DNA of 64,000 nucleotides. Origin: Nitrosopumilus sp. GTDB taxonomy: Archaea; Thermoproteota; Nitrososphaeria; Nitrososphaerales; Nitrosopumilaceae. The stretch is from positions 512,001-576,000 of the forward strand of contig CBDBLX010000002.1 of NCBI GenBank assembly GCA_965207445.1. Direction: 5' to 3'. A program made the translations under genes and the position numbers. The notes beneath the pieces were generated by a model. It did no database searches. It saw nothing but the letters and a program-made list of their open reading frames with translations, and was not told the DNA's origin. Shown here piece by piece: positions 11,026 to 21,656 of the stretch (the first letter of the stretch is position 1; each line of letters begins with the position of its first letter).

Positions 11026-11329
11026 AATATAACGTAAATGGATGGTTATTTGAATTTGACTATACGTATTTTTCTCAAATTTGAATGATTGTGTGTAATT
11101 TTACGTATTTGATGACATTTGATCTTTGAGATTATCTCTATATGTGATTTAATTCTTGTATGCCAAATGGCATAATTTGTGACAAATGAGTTGTGCAGAC
11201 GTTTGCCTAACATAAAAGTTATGTAATTTTCTAAATTTGTATTATACTTTGTATAATTCGTATAATTGTTGTATTGTAAAAATAATGTAAGAACAATACT
11301 TTTATATATCACAATATTGTAGTATTTGT

Positions 11330-12232
11330 ATGAATGAAAAAACCAAACAAGTTCTAGAGGATTTAGTCAGCAAGTTTGCAGATGGTACTGACAAACTGCC
11401 CGAGGCAATCGCAAAGTCGTACATAATGGCACCTGCTGTACCGTGCTCAAAGTGGACAATAAACAACCGTGTACTGACACTGTTAAATGGCACTACTGAT
11501 GCACGTGGGTACAGGCAATGGCAGCAAGTAAACAGACATGTCAAAAAAGGTGCAAAGGCAATTTACATTTTGGTTCCCAAAATGATTACTGTAAAAGACG
11601 ATAATGCTGATTCCCAAAAAGACTGTGAAAAAAACAATAACAGTAAAAATGACAAAGACTGTAAAGACGACAAAGAGCGCAAAAAGGCAAAACAATGCAT
11701 TGGCTTTTCAACGTGCCCTGTGTTTCGGTACGAAGATACTGAAGGTGACCCTCTTGAGGAGTATGTGCCCAAAGAGTTACCTCCGTTGTTTGGCCTTGCA
11801 AAGTACAATGGTATAGATGTCCTATATGCCAATACAATATCTGGTGAATATGGGAGTATCAATGTAGATGATAAACATATCACATTGAGTACCGAATCAC
11901 CTGATACATATTTGCACGAGCTGGTTCATTATTATGATCTGCGCGAGCGCAAAAACATCAAGCATGGACAAGATGCAACGCAAGAGACTGTAGCACAATT
12001 GGCAGCATGTGTATTGGCACGCATGTATTCTGATTATGATGCTAGTCGATACACCTGGGATTACATCGCCGGGTATGCCGATGCCACAGAACCTGCAAAA
12101 GTCGCCAAACAATGTCTCAAGGTGATGGAGCGCGTAGGCTCTATAATCGATGCAATCATATCTGATGCACACAAGATTGGTGCTGTTGGTAACATATCTG
12201 ATGCACACAAAATCAGTCATGTTACTGCATAA
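11330..12232 (+). CDS. ArdC-like antirestriction protein (ssDNA-binding N-domain plus zincin-like domain)
   Basis: WTINNRVL..DARGYRQWQQVNRHVKKGAKAIYILVP, VFRYEDTEG, HELVH...QETVAQ. Confidence 0.75.
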   Translation: MNEKTKQVLEDLVSKFADGTDKLPEAIAKSYIMAPAVPCSKWTINNRVLTLLNGTTDARGYRQWQQVNRHVKKGAKAIYILVPKMITVKDDNADSQKDCEKNNNSKNDKDCKDDKERKKAKQCIGFSTCPVFRYEDTEGDPLEEYVPKELPPLFGLAKYNGIDVLYANTISGEYGSINVDDKHITLSTESPDTYLHELVHYYDLRERKNIKHGQDATQETVAQLAACVLARMYSDYDASRYTWDYIAGYADATEPAKVAKQCLKVMERVGSIIDAIISDAHKIGAVGNISDAHKISHVTA

Positions 12233-12990
12233 TCACCATTCACATCTCTTTTTTTAATTACTTCAACTGTATACATGTTTACAAAGTGATCTTTTTATTT
12301 ACTTGTATATTTAAAATTAAAAATTTAATATGACTTTTAAAATTGAAATTATAAATACTCTATTAGATATTGATCATAACTGTGTGCTTACATTGATGTA
12401 AATTATCCATGTGAACCAAGCTCTTTGTATGTAATAATGAAATCATACATCTAGGTGTATTTGGCAACATACTTGTTTGCATATAGTATCGTACATAGTA
12501 ATTAAAACAAGGCTAAGGATGGTCTGCAGGTATTGTCCGTCTCGCTGGGGCTAGGTGTGAAATGCCTCTTGGGCCCCTGCCTCAAAAACCCTGGTGAACT
12601 TTGCAAACCTCTGCTCGTCAGTTATGATGTTGGTGATGGGGATCGTATAAAGCAGCCCGTGTCTGGAAAAGTATACGGCACTGCGATATCATGATGTCCT
12701 TCCGACAGCCCACGGGCTCGCCCACACCTGCCCCGCGCGTCTGCATGTGTACGCGCAAAGCCATGCGCGCGTCCGTTTAAGGTTGTCAGGACACGACACC
12801 ATCCGGACTGGCCGAGCCTTCGGTACGGACTCTTCTCATTCTCAAAACGTCCTGTTAGACAGATCCGGAACGCCACCCAAAAACCCGGCAGAAAATCATC
12901 ATCACCAATGCTGAAATCGGATCCGCTTCAAAGATACAGTCCCTTAAGTTATACGCCTACAAAAACCGGACCTTTGAACACGGAATCGTC

Positions 12991-13989
12991 TCACAGGTGC
13001 TTTACCACGAATCCTGACTCCTTGCAGCCGTCATAGTTGTGGCGTATCTCTGTGGGCCAACCCTTTCCTGTATCGAGAAGATCAAGTGATTGCCTCATTT
13101 CCCTGAGCCGGTCATAATAGTCGTGGTTTCTCTCAATCAGACACTCTGTAAATTCTGACTGTACAAGCGAGTCGCTCTTTTGCAGGTTGCAGTTCTGGCA
13201 GCTGAGAACCAAGTTCCATGGATCGTCGTCAAACACGTATGACCACGGTATAAAGTGGTCGACGTTTATGTAGCCCCTCTCCAGTCTCGCACAGCAGTAA
13301 AAGCAGTGGGTGGAATCTCTGAACATGGTGCGGTACTTGTTAAGGCTGCCCCTCCTTGCGTTGGCGTTCTCCAGCTTTGAGACTAGCTTGGGCATGGTGT
13401 TTATCTTTTCAAGATACCGTGTCCACTCTACCAGGACTGCCTTTAGTAGCACGTCGTAATGACTGCTCAAAAACTTGGAGACTCCATCCTTGAAGTGGAT
13501 CATCTTTTCCTTGTCGTTGTGGGTGTAGAATACGTTTGCATCTTCCTTGCTGAGCCCCTTGATGTTCTGGAACCTGGGTACGACTTGGGACGTACCGCTG
13601 CTTTCGTTTCCAAACACCCTCTTCATCATACTCTCTTCTGCAGCCTCCTTGGACTCCTTATCGACGTCTTTGAATATCTTGGCGGGATCGTTTCCAAATC
13701 TCTCCTGTATGATCTGCACGGCATGGGGAATGCTTTTCGTGCTAAAACTCTGTTTTATTCTGAATAGGGACTCTTGGTGCCAATAGTACTTTACAAAGGA
13801 TTCTGCAAGATAGTCATACGTCACGTGATCCCTGATGCTGGGATCTGATCCGTAGTCTGACTGCTTTCTACAGTGCTCAAGCAGGGCCCTGGCCAATGCG
13901 AACTTGTACGTGTTGCTCTTGCTCCCCTTAGTCAGTATGCGCAGAAATGCCTTCCGTAACTCGGCATCAGACGGAACCTCGGATCCCAT
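12991..13989 (-). CDS. HNH endonuclease (modification-dependent restriction-like)
   Basis: SNTYKFALARAL N-terminal motif; CFYC...VDHFIPWS...NLVLSCQNCNLQKSD. Confidence 0.85.
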   Translation of the reverse strand: MGSEVPSDAELRKAFLRILTKGSKSNTYKFALARALLEHCRKQSDYGSDPSIRDHVTYDYLAESFVKYYWHQESLFRIKQSFSTKSIPHAVQIIQERFGNDPAKIFKDVDKESKEAAEESMMKRVFGNESSGTSQVVPRFQNIKGLSKEDANVFYTHNDKEKMIHFKDGVSKFLSSHYDVLLKAVLVEWTRYLEKINTMPKLVSKLENANARRGSLNKYRTMFRDSTHCFYCCARLERGYINVDHFIPWSYVFDDDPWNLVLSCQNCNLQKSDSLVQSEFTECLIERNHDYYDRLREMRQSLDLLDTGKGWPTEIRHNYDGCKESGFVVKHL

Positions 13990-14837
13990 GGGTAAATTCG
14001 TCTGAGACCAAATATATTCTGGTATGTAATGGCGGTTCGTTGCTCAAAGAATCTGTCGCACCAATTACGTGTACATCACAAATCATCGTGATAATGTCTA
14101 AGAGATACTGTCTGTACTGCGCATGACAGGCGGCACGAGACGGCATATGTTTTGGTGGTCTTTTCTTTTTTTATGTAGGAACGTTTGGCTGCTGAAAGTC
14201 ACTTTTTGTAAAAGATTTTTGCTTTACAGTATATGAGTCTCCGCTCCTTTTGCTGGTGGATTTTTTGATGACTATTTTGCTCTCGCATATGATGAGTTGA
14301 CATACTTGGGATTACACATCCTGTCACGAATCTGTGGTGATGGATTGACATATCTGGTATGTACGATTGTTTGATGTGACTATAACCTAGACCCCTGGAA
14401 TAAAATGACAATGTCCGTACCATGGCAAGTGTAGATAGTCTACATCGGTAGTTTGCAATGTGTTTTATGTGATTTTATTTGAATAATCTACAATATTGTT
14501 GAACATTAATGATCATACTTGATCAGATCAAATAAAAAGTATACTATATGAGAATATACTAGTACCTCTGATTTTATATGAAAAATGAGATACTAGAACA
14601 TCAATATAATTAGGACAGATAAATTATAAAGTTTTACGAAAACGATTCGTCGATCTCAGACTAAAGATATCCACCATATGTAACAGCAAGTATGGTATGG
14701 ATGATTATCTTGGTATACACTTACTACCATGTCACTCAACAATACCTGTGTGTAAATGCAGCAACACACAAAAGAAAACACAACAAAGCTAACTATTTTA
14801 GAAAAAACGCGTGTATACACACACCATCTGAAAATAC

Positions 14838-15176
14838 CAGTAGTTCGCAATGTGCTCAATTTTTAATGATCTTATTTCTAATTATGCAGTGCGGCAGATT
14901 TACAATGGTAAGGAACCACCGTGTAGGTTCGATTACTGTTGATATTTTTTGGAATGTTGTTGTATGGCTTGTGGGTAATGGCAAGGTACGAAAATTACGA
15001 CGGACTTGTAGATGAAAAATTATTTACAATGGATGCGTTTGTGGATTCAGTTGCCGGATTGATCAGAAAACTGCTTTAATGGGAATTAAAACATAGTAGT
15101 TACTTGCCATAGTAAATGTATCACACTATATAATTAAAAATAAGATCATTAAAATTGGACACATTGCGAACTACTG
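14838..15176. mobile_element. ISH3-type non-autonomous element (MITE-like) built from two opposed right ends
   Basis: Starts CAGTAGTTCGCAATGTG and ends CACATTGCGAACTACTG; ~87 bp imperfect inverted ends; ATAC on both flanks (14834-14837, 15177-15180). Confidence 0.72.
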
Positions 15177-15243
15177 ATACTGCGCTCTTTGACCCCCTGC
15201 ACATCAAGTTAATTTTCATATAGGGTGTAGGTATAGAACAGAC

Positions 15244-16431
15244 ATGTCCAGACATGTAAACCCCTTCAGGCCGGGTTCGGGCCTGCAGCCCCCGTATCTT
15301 GCAGGAAGGGATGTGGAGCTGGAGAGGTTCTCGCAGATGCTACAGCAAATGCAGGAAGGACAGGTTCGCAACCTTATGGTACAGGGCCTGAGGGGCGTGG
15401 GAAAGACAGTTCTCCTGAAAGAGTTCGTCAAGATATGCACCGACAACAAACTCCTCCCAGTTACGCGGCTCCAGTTTAGTAGCAAGCACTCGGATCCCGC
15501 AGAGTTCACCCGGGCCCTGCAGCACGATTTGAACAACGCTATGGGAAGCCTCTCTAGAGTGGAAAAGACAAAGCAAAAGCTGCAGGATGCTGCCCGGCAG
15601 ATAAAGCCGCAAAAGATCGACGTCATGGGAGTCGGGTGGGAATTTAAGCACGATCCTGCCAGCCGCATACCGCTGGAGAACCAGATAACCGATTATCTAG
15701 AAAAATGGTGGAAAGTCGTACAGGAAAGCGGCTACGACGGGATAGTGCTCCTCTTTGACGAGTTCCACACGGTGAGTGATGTAAAGTCCAACAGCTGGTA
15801 CATACTCACGGACTTCCTCGGAGCGGTAAACGAGATCCAGTCCAATGGGTGCAGGTACTCGCTTGTCTTGTGCGGACTGCCTACTCTTATGCCCAACGTC
15901 AAGGCTGCGCGCTCTTATGCCGAGCGGATGTTCGGCGTGATGAACATATCCAACTTGGACAAGGAAAACGCCAGAGCCGCCATATCAAAACCTCTGGTGG
16001 ATACGGCCTGGCGCTTCTCAGATGACTTGGTATCGTCAATTGTGCGGGACACTGACAGTTACCCATATTTTATCCAGTTCTTTTGTAGTGAGATCATACT
16101 TCGTACTGACAAAGAACATGTCACTCTAGACGACTACGAAAAAATCAAGGATCAGATAACAAGAGATCTCGGACGCGACTTCTTTGATCAGCGCATCGAG
16201 CCGTTAAGCGCGACACAAAGGCTCGTGCTGTACTCAGCCGCCTCCCTCACTGATCTGGATCTGGAGTTCTCTTCTATCCAAAAGTCATTGAATGTGGGCA
16301 AGGGAGCGCTTTCCAGTCACTTGAAGCGTCTGGAAGAGAAGGGACTGATCTACAGGTCAGGGCGGGGGACTTATCGTCTTGCCATGCCGTTGCTTGGCAA
16401 ATATCTACGATTGAGGATGCAGTCAGAATAA
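15244..16431 (+). CDS. Archaeal-type AAA ATPase with C-terminal winged-helix domain
   Basis: NPFRPGSG..PPYLAGRD, GLRGVGKT Walker A, LLFDEFH Walker B, YPYFIQ, C-terminal LSSHLKRLEEKGLIYRSGRGTY; GC-richer than flanking core genes. Confidence 0.88.
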   Translation: MSRHVNPFRPGSGLQPPYLAGRDVELERFSQMLQQMQEGQVRNLMVQGLRGVGKTVLLKEFVKICTDNKLLPVTRLQFSSKHSDPAEFTRALQHDLNNAMGSLSRVEKTKQKLQDAARQIKPQKIDVMGVGWEFKHDPASRIPLENQITDYLEKWWKVVQESGYDGIVLLFDEFHTVSDVKSNSWYILTDFLGAVNEIQSNGCRYSLVLCGLPTLMPNVKAARSYAERMFGVMNISNLDKENARAAISKPLVDTAWRFSDDLVSSIVRDTDSYPYFIQFFCSEIILRTDKEHVTLDDYEKIKDQITRDLGRDFFDQRIEPLSATQRLVLYSAASLTDLDLEFSSIQKSLNVGKGALSSHLKRLEEKGLIYRSGRGTYRLAMPLLGKYLRLRMQSE

Positions 16432-16481
16432 CGCTCAGACAACCGGCCTTGGTAGGATTCGAGTCTGCAAATCATGTTTGG

Positions 16482-17869
16482 CGCCTACCAAAGTCGACAA
16501 AGTCTACAAAGTCGACAACATTGTGGACTCCCGCGCCCGACGCCTGCCAAAGTCTACAAAGTCTACAAAGTCTACAAAGTCTACAAAGTCTACAACATTG
16601 TGGACTCCCGCGCCCGACGCCTGCCAAAGTCTACAAAGTCTACAAAGTCTACAAAGTCTACAAAGTCGACAAAGTCGACAACATTGTGGACTCCCGCGCC
16701 CGACGCCTGCCAAAGTCTACAAAGTCTACAAAGTCTACAAAGTCTACAAAGTCTACAACATTGTGGACTCCCGCGCCCGACGCCTGCCAAAGTCTACAAA
16801 GTCTACAAAGTCTACAAAGTCTACAAAGTCTACAAAGTCGACAACATTGTGGACTCCCGCGCCCGACGCCTGCCAAAGTCTACAAAGCCTCTACAAAGTC
16901 TACAAAGTCCCGCGCCCGACGCCTGCCAAAGTCTAACATTGTCGACAAAGTCTACAAAGTCTACAAAGTCGACAAAGTCTACAAAGTCGACAACATTGTG
17001 GACTCCCGCGCCCGACGCCTGCCAAAGTCTACAAAGTCTACAAAGTCTACAAAGTCGACAAAGTCTACAAAGTGGACTCCCGCGCCCGACAACATTCTAC
17101 AAAGTCTACTCGACAACATTGTGGACTCCCGCGCCCGACGCCTGTCTACAAAGTACAAAGGCGACGCTACAAAGCCAAAGTCTACAAAGTCTACAAAGTC
17201 TACAAAGTCTACAAAGTCTACAAAGTCGACAACATTGTGGACTCCCGCGCCCGACGCCTGCCAAAGTCTACAAAGTCTACAAAGTCTACAAAGTCTACAA
17301 AGTCTACAGTCAAGTCTACACATTGTGGACTCCCGCGCCCGACGCCTGCCAAAGTCTACAACATTGTGGACTCCCGCGCCCGACGCCTGCCAAAGTCTAC
17401 AAAGTCTACAAAGTCGACAAAGTCTACAAAGTCGACAACATTGTGGACTCCCGCGCCCGACGCCTGCCAAAGTCAAAGTCTACAAAGTCTACAAAGTCGA
17501 CAACATTGTGGACTCCCGCGCCCGACGCCTGCCAAAGGCCAAAGTCTACAAAGTCTACAAAGTCTACAAAGTCGACAAAGTCGACAACAAAGTCTACAAA
17601 GTCTACAAAGTCGACAAAACAACATTGTGGACTCCCGCGCCCGACGCCTGCCAAAGTCTACAAAGTCTACAAAGTCTACAAAGTCTACAAAGTCGACAAA
17701 GTCGACAACATTGTGGACTCCCGCGCCCGACGCCTGCCAAAGTCTACAACATTGTGGACTCCCGCGCCCGACGCCTGCCAAAGTCTACAAAGTCTACAAA
17801 GTCGACAAAGTCGACAAAGTCGACAACATTGTGGACTCCCGCGCCCGACGCCTGCCAAAGTCTACAAAG
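16482..17869. repeat. Two-level tandem array: ~16 copies of a constant ACATTGTGGACTCCCGCGCCCGACGCCTGCCAA unit separated by variable runs of AGTC(T/G)ACAA 9-mers
   Basis: Read directly from the sequence; two further partial units near 16907 and 17072. Confidence 0.97.
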
Positions 17870-18225
17870 AAACTCATCAAAACCATCCCGGAGACTTATC
17901 GCAAGCGTTGGATAACAGAGACCGGATACAGAGTGATAAAAAAATACGACTTCAAAGACCCAGTAACGCTTTGCAGGTTCAATTATTGTTGATATTTTTT
18001 GGAATGCTGTTGTATGGCTTGTGGGCAATGGCAAGGTACGAAAATTACGGCGGATTTGCAGGTGGAAAATTATTCACAATGGATTGTTTATGGATTCAAT
18101 TGCCGGATCAATCAGAAGACTACTTCGGTGGGAATTAGAACACGGTGGTTCCTTGCCATTGTAAATCTGCCGCACTGCATAATTAAAAATAAGATCATTA
18201 AAAATTTGCACATTGCGAACTACTG
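17852..18225 (+). pseudogene. ISH3-type (IS4-like DDE) transposase 3' remnant with right end
   Basis: LPKSTKKLIKTIPETYRKRWITETGYRVIK (YxxRWxxE signature), frameshifts; ends CACATTGCGAACTACTG. Confidence 0.75.
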
Positions 18226-18520
18226 ACGTGGAGGGGGTTATCATGTATTCTATGCAGATGCATAAAACCGGGGAGTATCTTTTATCCTGCCCGGATTCTG
18301 GGGGGGGGGGGGGGGGATGGCCGGCAGAAAAATGTGTGGCAGATGCGGCTGCCCCTCCCCCAGGCACACCACCTCGTAATGCGTATCATGGGGGCAGACG
18401 GCACAGAAGAGCCGACGCGCCAAAAGTGCTGGGACTGTGGGTGTGAAGGAGCGGGGACGTAAACCGCGTCCGTAATAAGCAAGAATCTATACACTCCTTG
18501 CCATACGGGCGAATGTTGGC

Positions 18521-18898
18521 CTAGACCGCTGCAAAAACGGCCGCCACCGCGATCGTGACTGCGGCAGAGATAGATGCCAAAATTGTCAGTAATTTGAGCA
18601 TGTTTCCTCCTACAGATCTGTGTATCATGTGCGTACCAAAGCCAGCTGCCGCGCCAACAAGTACCGCGCCCGTTGGCCCCAGAAACCCTGACAGGGGAAA
18701 TGATAGAAAAAATCCCAGCAGCGCCGATAGTGCAAGGCCCATTCCTGTGACGTTTTTTTCACGCATGGCGAGGATCAGAAATGCCACTGCGCTGCCGACT
18801 GTAGCTGCCACCATTACGATTATGGCACTGCTTGAAAAGTAGTATAATTCTGCAATGTTTGCAAAAATAAAAAAATGAGTGGGCGGGATTAAATTCAT
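18521..18898 (-). CDS. Small membrane protein, resembling an ammonium-transporter transmembrane segment
   Basis: Four hydrophobic stretches; PLSGFLGPTGAVLVGAAAG resembles the Amt PxxGFVxPxxAxxIGxxAG segment. Confidence 0.5.
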   Translation of the reverse strand: MNLIPPTHFFIFANIAELYYFSSSAIIVMVAATVGSAVAFLILAMREKNVTGMGLALSALLGFFLSFPLSGFLGPTGAVLVGAAAGFGTHMIHRSVGGNMLKLLTILASISAAVTIAVAAVFAAV

Positions 18899-18899
18899 T

Positions 18900-19100
18900 T
18901 AGCTTCCGTAAACAGTGGATGATATGAACGTTCCCGGCGCGCTGTAACCTGACGGACAGAAATTCAGCGTCTTTGTACCGTAGCTTGGAACATACGGACT
19001 ATAGGAGACATTGCAAGTGTGTACCCACTGGCCGTTTACTCTGACGTTGTGGTAGTTGATTGTGTCTACTGTCTGTCCGCCGTTTGTGGTTTTTGGTAAC
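18900..19100 (-). pseudogene. 3' fragment of an unknown gene, 5' part missing
   Basis: Open frame LPKTTNGGQTVDTINYHNVRVNGQWVHTCNVSYSPY...STVYGS* ending right at the next ATG; AT-rich junction upstream. Confidence 0.35.
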
Positions 19101-19215
19101 TATTTTGTTGGACACTTAAATTCTTATGATTATATACTATGATAATTTTGGTTTAAAAAATTTGATCAAAAACCCTAATAATTTAATCTAGAGGGTATTA
19201 AATCAAAACGCTTCC

Positions 19216-19293
19216 ATCTATCATTAAGTGGAAATAAAATGATAGACAGGAACGATATTAGATCATCACAAAAATGTGATTTAAGCGATCAGT
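19216..19293. repeat. 78 bp perfect direct repeat, copy 1 (copy 2 at 21527-21604)
   Basis: ATCTATCATTAAGTGG...TTTAAGCGATCAGT identical at both positions, bracketing the decayed IS5-like copy. Confidence 0.95.
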
Positions 19294-21525
19294 AGATATT
19301 ATGCACAATGACACAATCAAATTTTTGTGACCATATTAGGTATGACTGATAAGATCATATGTTTAAGCTTAAATGCATTTATAACAAAAAACCTGCCAGT
19401 ATTGATAATTATATATGATTAATTAATTAATAATATATGTTCATAAAAAGATCTAAATATATGGGCCTATAAATAATTGTATGAAATCTAACTTAGATTC
19501 TACGATATCGTGTGATGGGCGCGACAGTGACGCTTTTGATACAATCTATCTGGATTCAGATGAGTGTGTTAATGGACGTGATCGATCGCGAAATGTCCAA
19601 AGTACAAAAAGTGGACAGAGGCGTCACTCACAGAGATAATTATTGGGCGCCATTGAAAAGAACTGTCTACTGATCAAAGCGCGCGCAGGTGGACGGGATT
19701 TGACAAGCGTGGACTTGATCTGATTTGGACATCTTTTTCTGAGCATGGGAGGAAATGGAGCGCGCAGAAATTGCACGAAGACGTGAATCCAAATTCGTGC
19801 AGGAAAGCGCGGTCCGAGGCCTATGGCAGACGTGGCAGCAGGCAAAACAACATTCCAATGTACGCAATGATCCTGCAAGGGGTTCTGCGCCAGGCAACAG
19901 GTGCAAACTAGAGCCGTACATCATGGTTCTGGCACTCATACGCAAATACCGCAACGAAAGTGAAGGAACGTTGGGAGACATGTTTGGCATAAACCAGTCA
20001 ACTGTATCCACTTACCGATCGCATACTTGCAGAGACGCTGCCAACTCCTGAAAAAATTATGAATCTCATAAAAGAGATTGGCACTGCCAAAGAATTTGCA
20101 AGGTTATTCCCAGATGATACAGGTGAGTCGATATTGATGGAACACACGTGCGATTTGCAAGGCCCCTCAAGGCAGAAAGATTCTATGATATCATACAAGA
20201 AAAAGTATCCCAGTGGAAACACGGTCATAATGACATCAGCAGACGGCCTGATACTAAGCAAGTAAAACATACAACGGTCGGGTCCATGACATTGCAATAA
20301 CGCGGGATTTTCTAGAGGATATGGGCCAATTTGGTAAAATGCTTCAAGGCAAACTCAACAATACAGAGAACCAAAAACAGCAATCAGAACAGGCAGATAC
20401 AGAGAACCAAAAACAGCAATCAGAACAGGCAGATACAGAGAACCAAAAACAGCAATCAGAACAGGCAGATACAGAGAACCAAAAACAGCAATCAGAACAG
20501 TTCCAGAACGCAGATACAGAGAACCAAAAACAGCAATCAGAACAGGCAGTACAGAGAACCAAAAACAGCAATCAGAACAGGCAGATACAGAGAACCAAAA
20601 ACAGCAATCAGAACAGGCAGATACAGAGAACCAAAAACAGCAATCAGAACAGGCAGATTCAGAACAGGCAGATGTACAGGCGTAGAGAACCAAACAATCC
20701 ACTTTGAAAAAGCCCAAACAACTACGCGACTGCACACAAACAACCCAAAACAAACATCTGCAAGAAGAGTCATCAGAGTCCCATCTAAAGAAACAGAGAT
20801 AAGGATACTCCGCGGGCTAGTCGCGCTTGAAAAGTAGTATAATTCTGCAATGAATCTACTAAAAAATCTGAACAAAAGCGGTCCGTACTTGATGCATCTA
20901 GAAGACTCGAGGCCATTGTGGTCAAACAAGACAAGAGTTCTGGGCGATTCGGGATTTCAGGGATTAAAACAAGACATGATGTTCACTACCCGTTTAAGAA
21001 CTCAAAGAAGATGAAAATCACACCCGAGCAAAAAGCCGTACAATCGAGAATTGAGCAAGATACGCGTTTTGGTAGCCAAGCACTTTAGGCGCGTATCTGA
21101 GATGGACAACGGCAGTCTAGACGAGTTCAACAAAGAGTTTAACGTTGCCTGTGGATTGGCCAACCTTCGACACTACGTACCGGCACATACAACTACTGGG
21201 CCTCGAAGCTTACCAACATACGATAAACGTGCTAACATATGGCCGGTATCACACACCGGCCGCACGATCAAAATATACACAGTCAGCTAATAATTTAATG
21301 CATTGCCCCCAATGTCTGCGCACTAAAAGTATCTACGTGTGGCGCACGCCCATCATGCCGACAGTCTCTTTTACACATATCATTGTACCACTCAATATCA
21401 TGATCACTATCACACCGGTCTTCTTACACATATCGGAAATTTTGCGTACAATACGGCTACTATGCGGCTACTATGCGGCTCTATGCGGCCACATATCTGC
21501 AAATCTACCCGAATAAAGATATACA
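19289..21525 (+). mobile_element. Decayed copy of an IS5-family (ISL2/DDE_Tnp_4-like) element; transposase pseudogene ~19481-21235
   Basis: Colinear with 43133-45427 but with many short deletions, frameshifts and stops. Confidence 0.88.
20361..20695. repeat. 36 bp tandem repeat, ~8 copies, inside the transposase pseudogene
   Basis: ATACAGAGAACCAAAAACAGCAATCAGAACAGGCAG units; single unit in the intact copy near 44253. Confidence 0.95.
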
Positions 21526-21526
21526 A

Positions 21527-21604
21527 ATCTATCATTAAGTGGAAATAAAATGATAGACAGGAACGATATTAGATCATCACAAAAATGTGATTTAAGCGAT
21601 CAGT
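21527..21604. repeat. 78 bp perfect direct repeat, copy 2
   Basis: Identical to 19216-19293. Confidence 0.95.
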
Positions 21605-21656
21605 GTGACTGGAAATGCAATAGTGTCAATTATTTGCAGGAGGAGGGAACATAGTT

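Noticed and set aside
12157..12228. Fifth repeat-spacer-repeat event at the ArdC-like gene end
   Set aside because: An 18 bp match at period 36; better read as an old diverged tandem duplication with no insert
12530..12990. GC-rich segment as ncRNA or gene
   Set aside because: No recognisable RNA structure or protein motif could be supported
16482..17869. CRISPR array
   Set aside because: Sequences between the constant units are runs of one 9-mer, not unique spacers; no leader or cas genes
16449..18138. Long ORFs (488, 554, 306 aa) across the array
   Set aside because: Open in several frames only because the repeats lack stop codons; no sign of a real protein
20321..20929. Repeat-rich ORFs on both strands
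   Set aside because: Products of the 36 bp expansion within a transposase pseudogene
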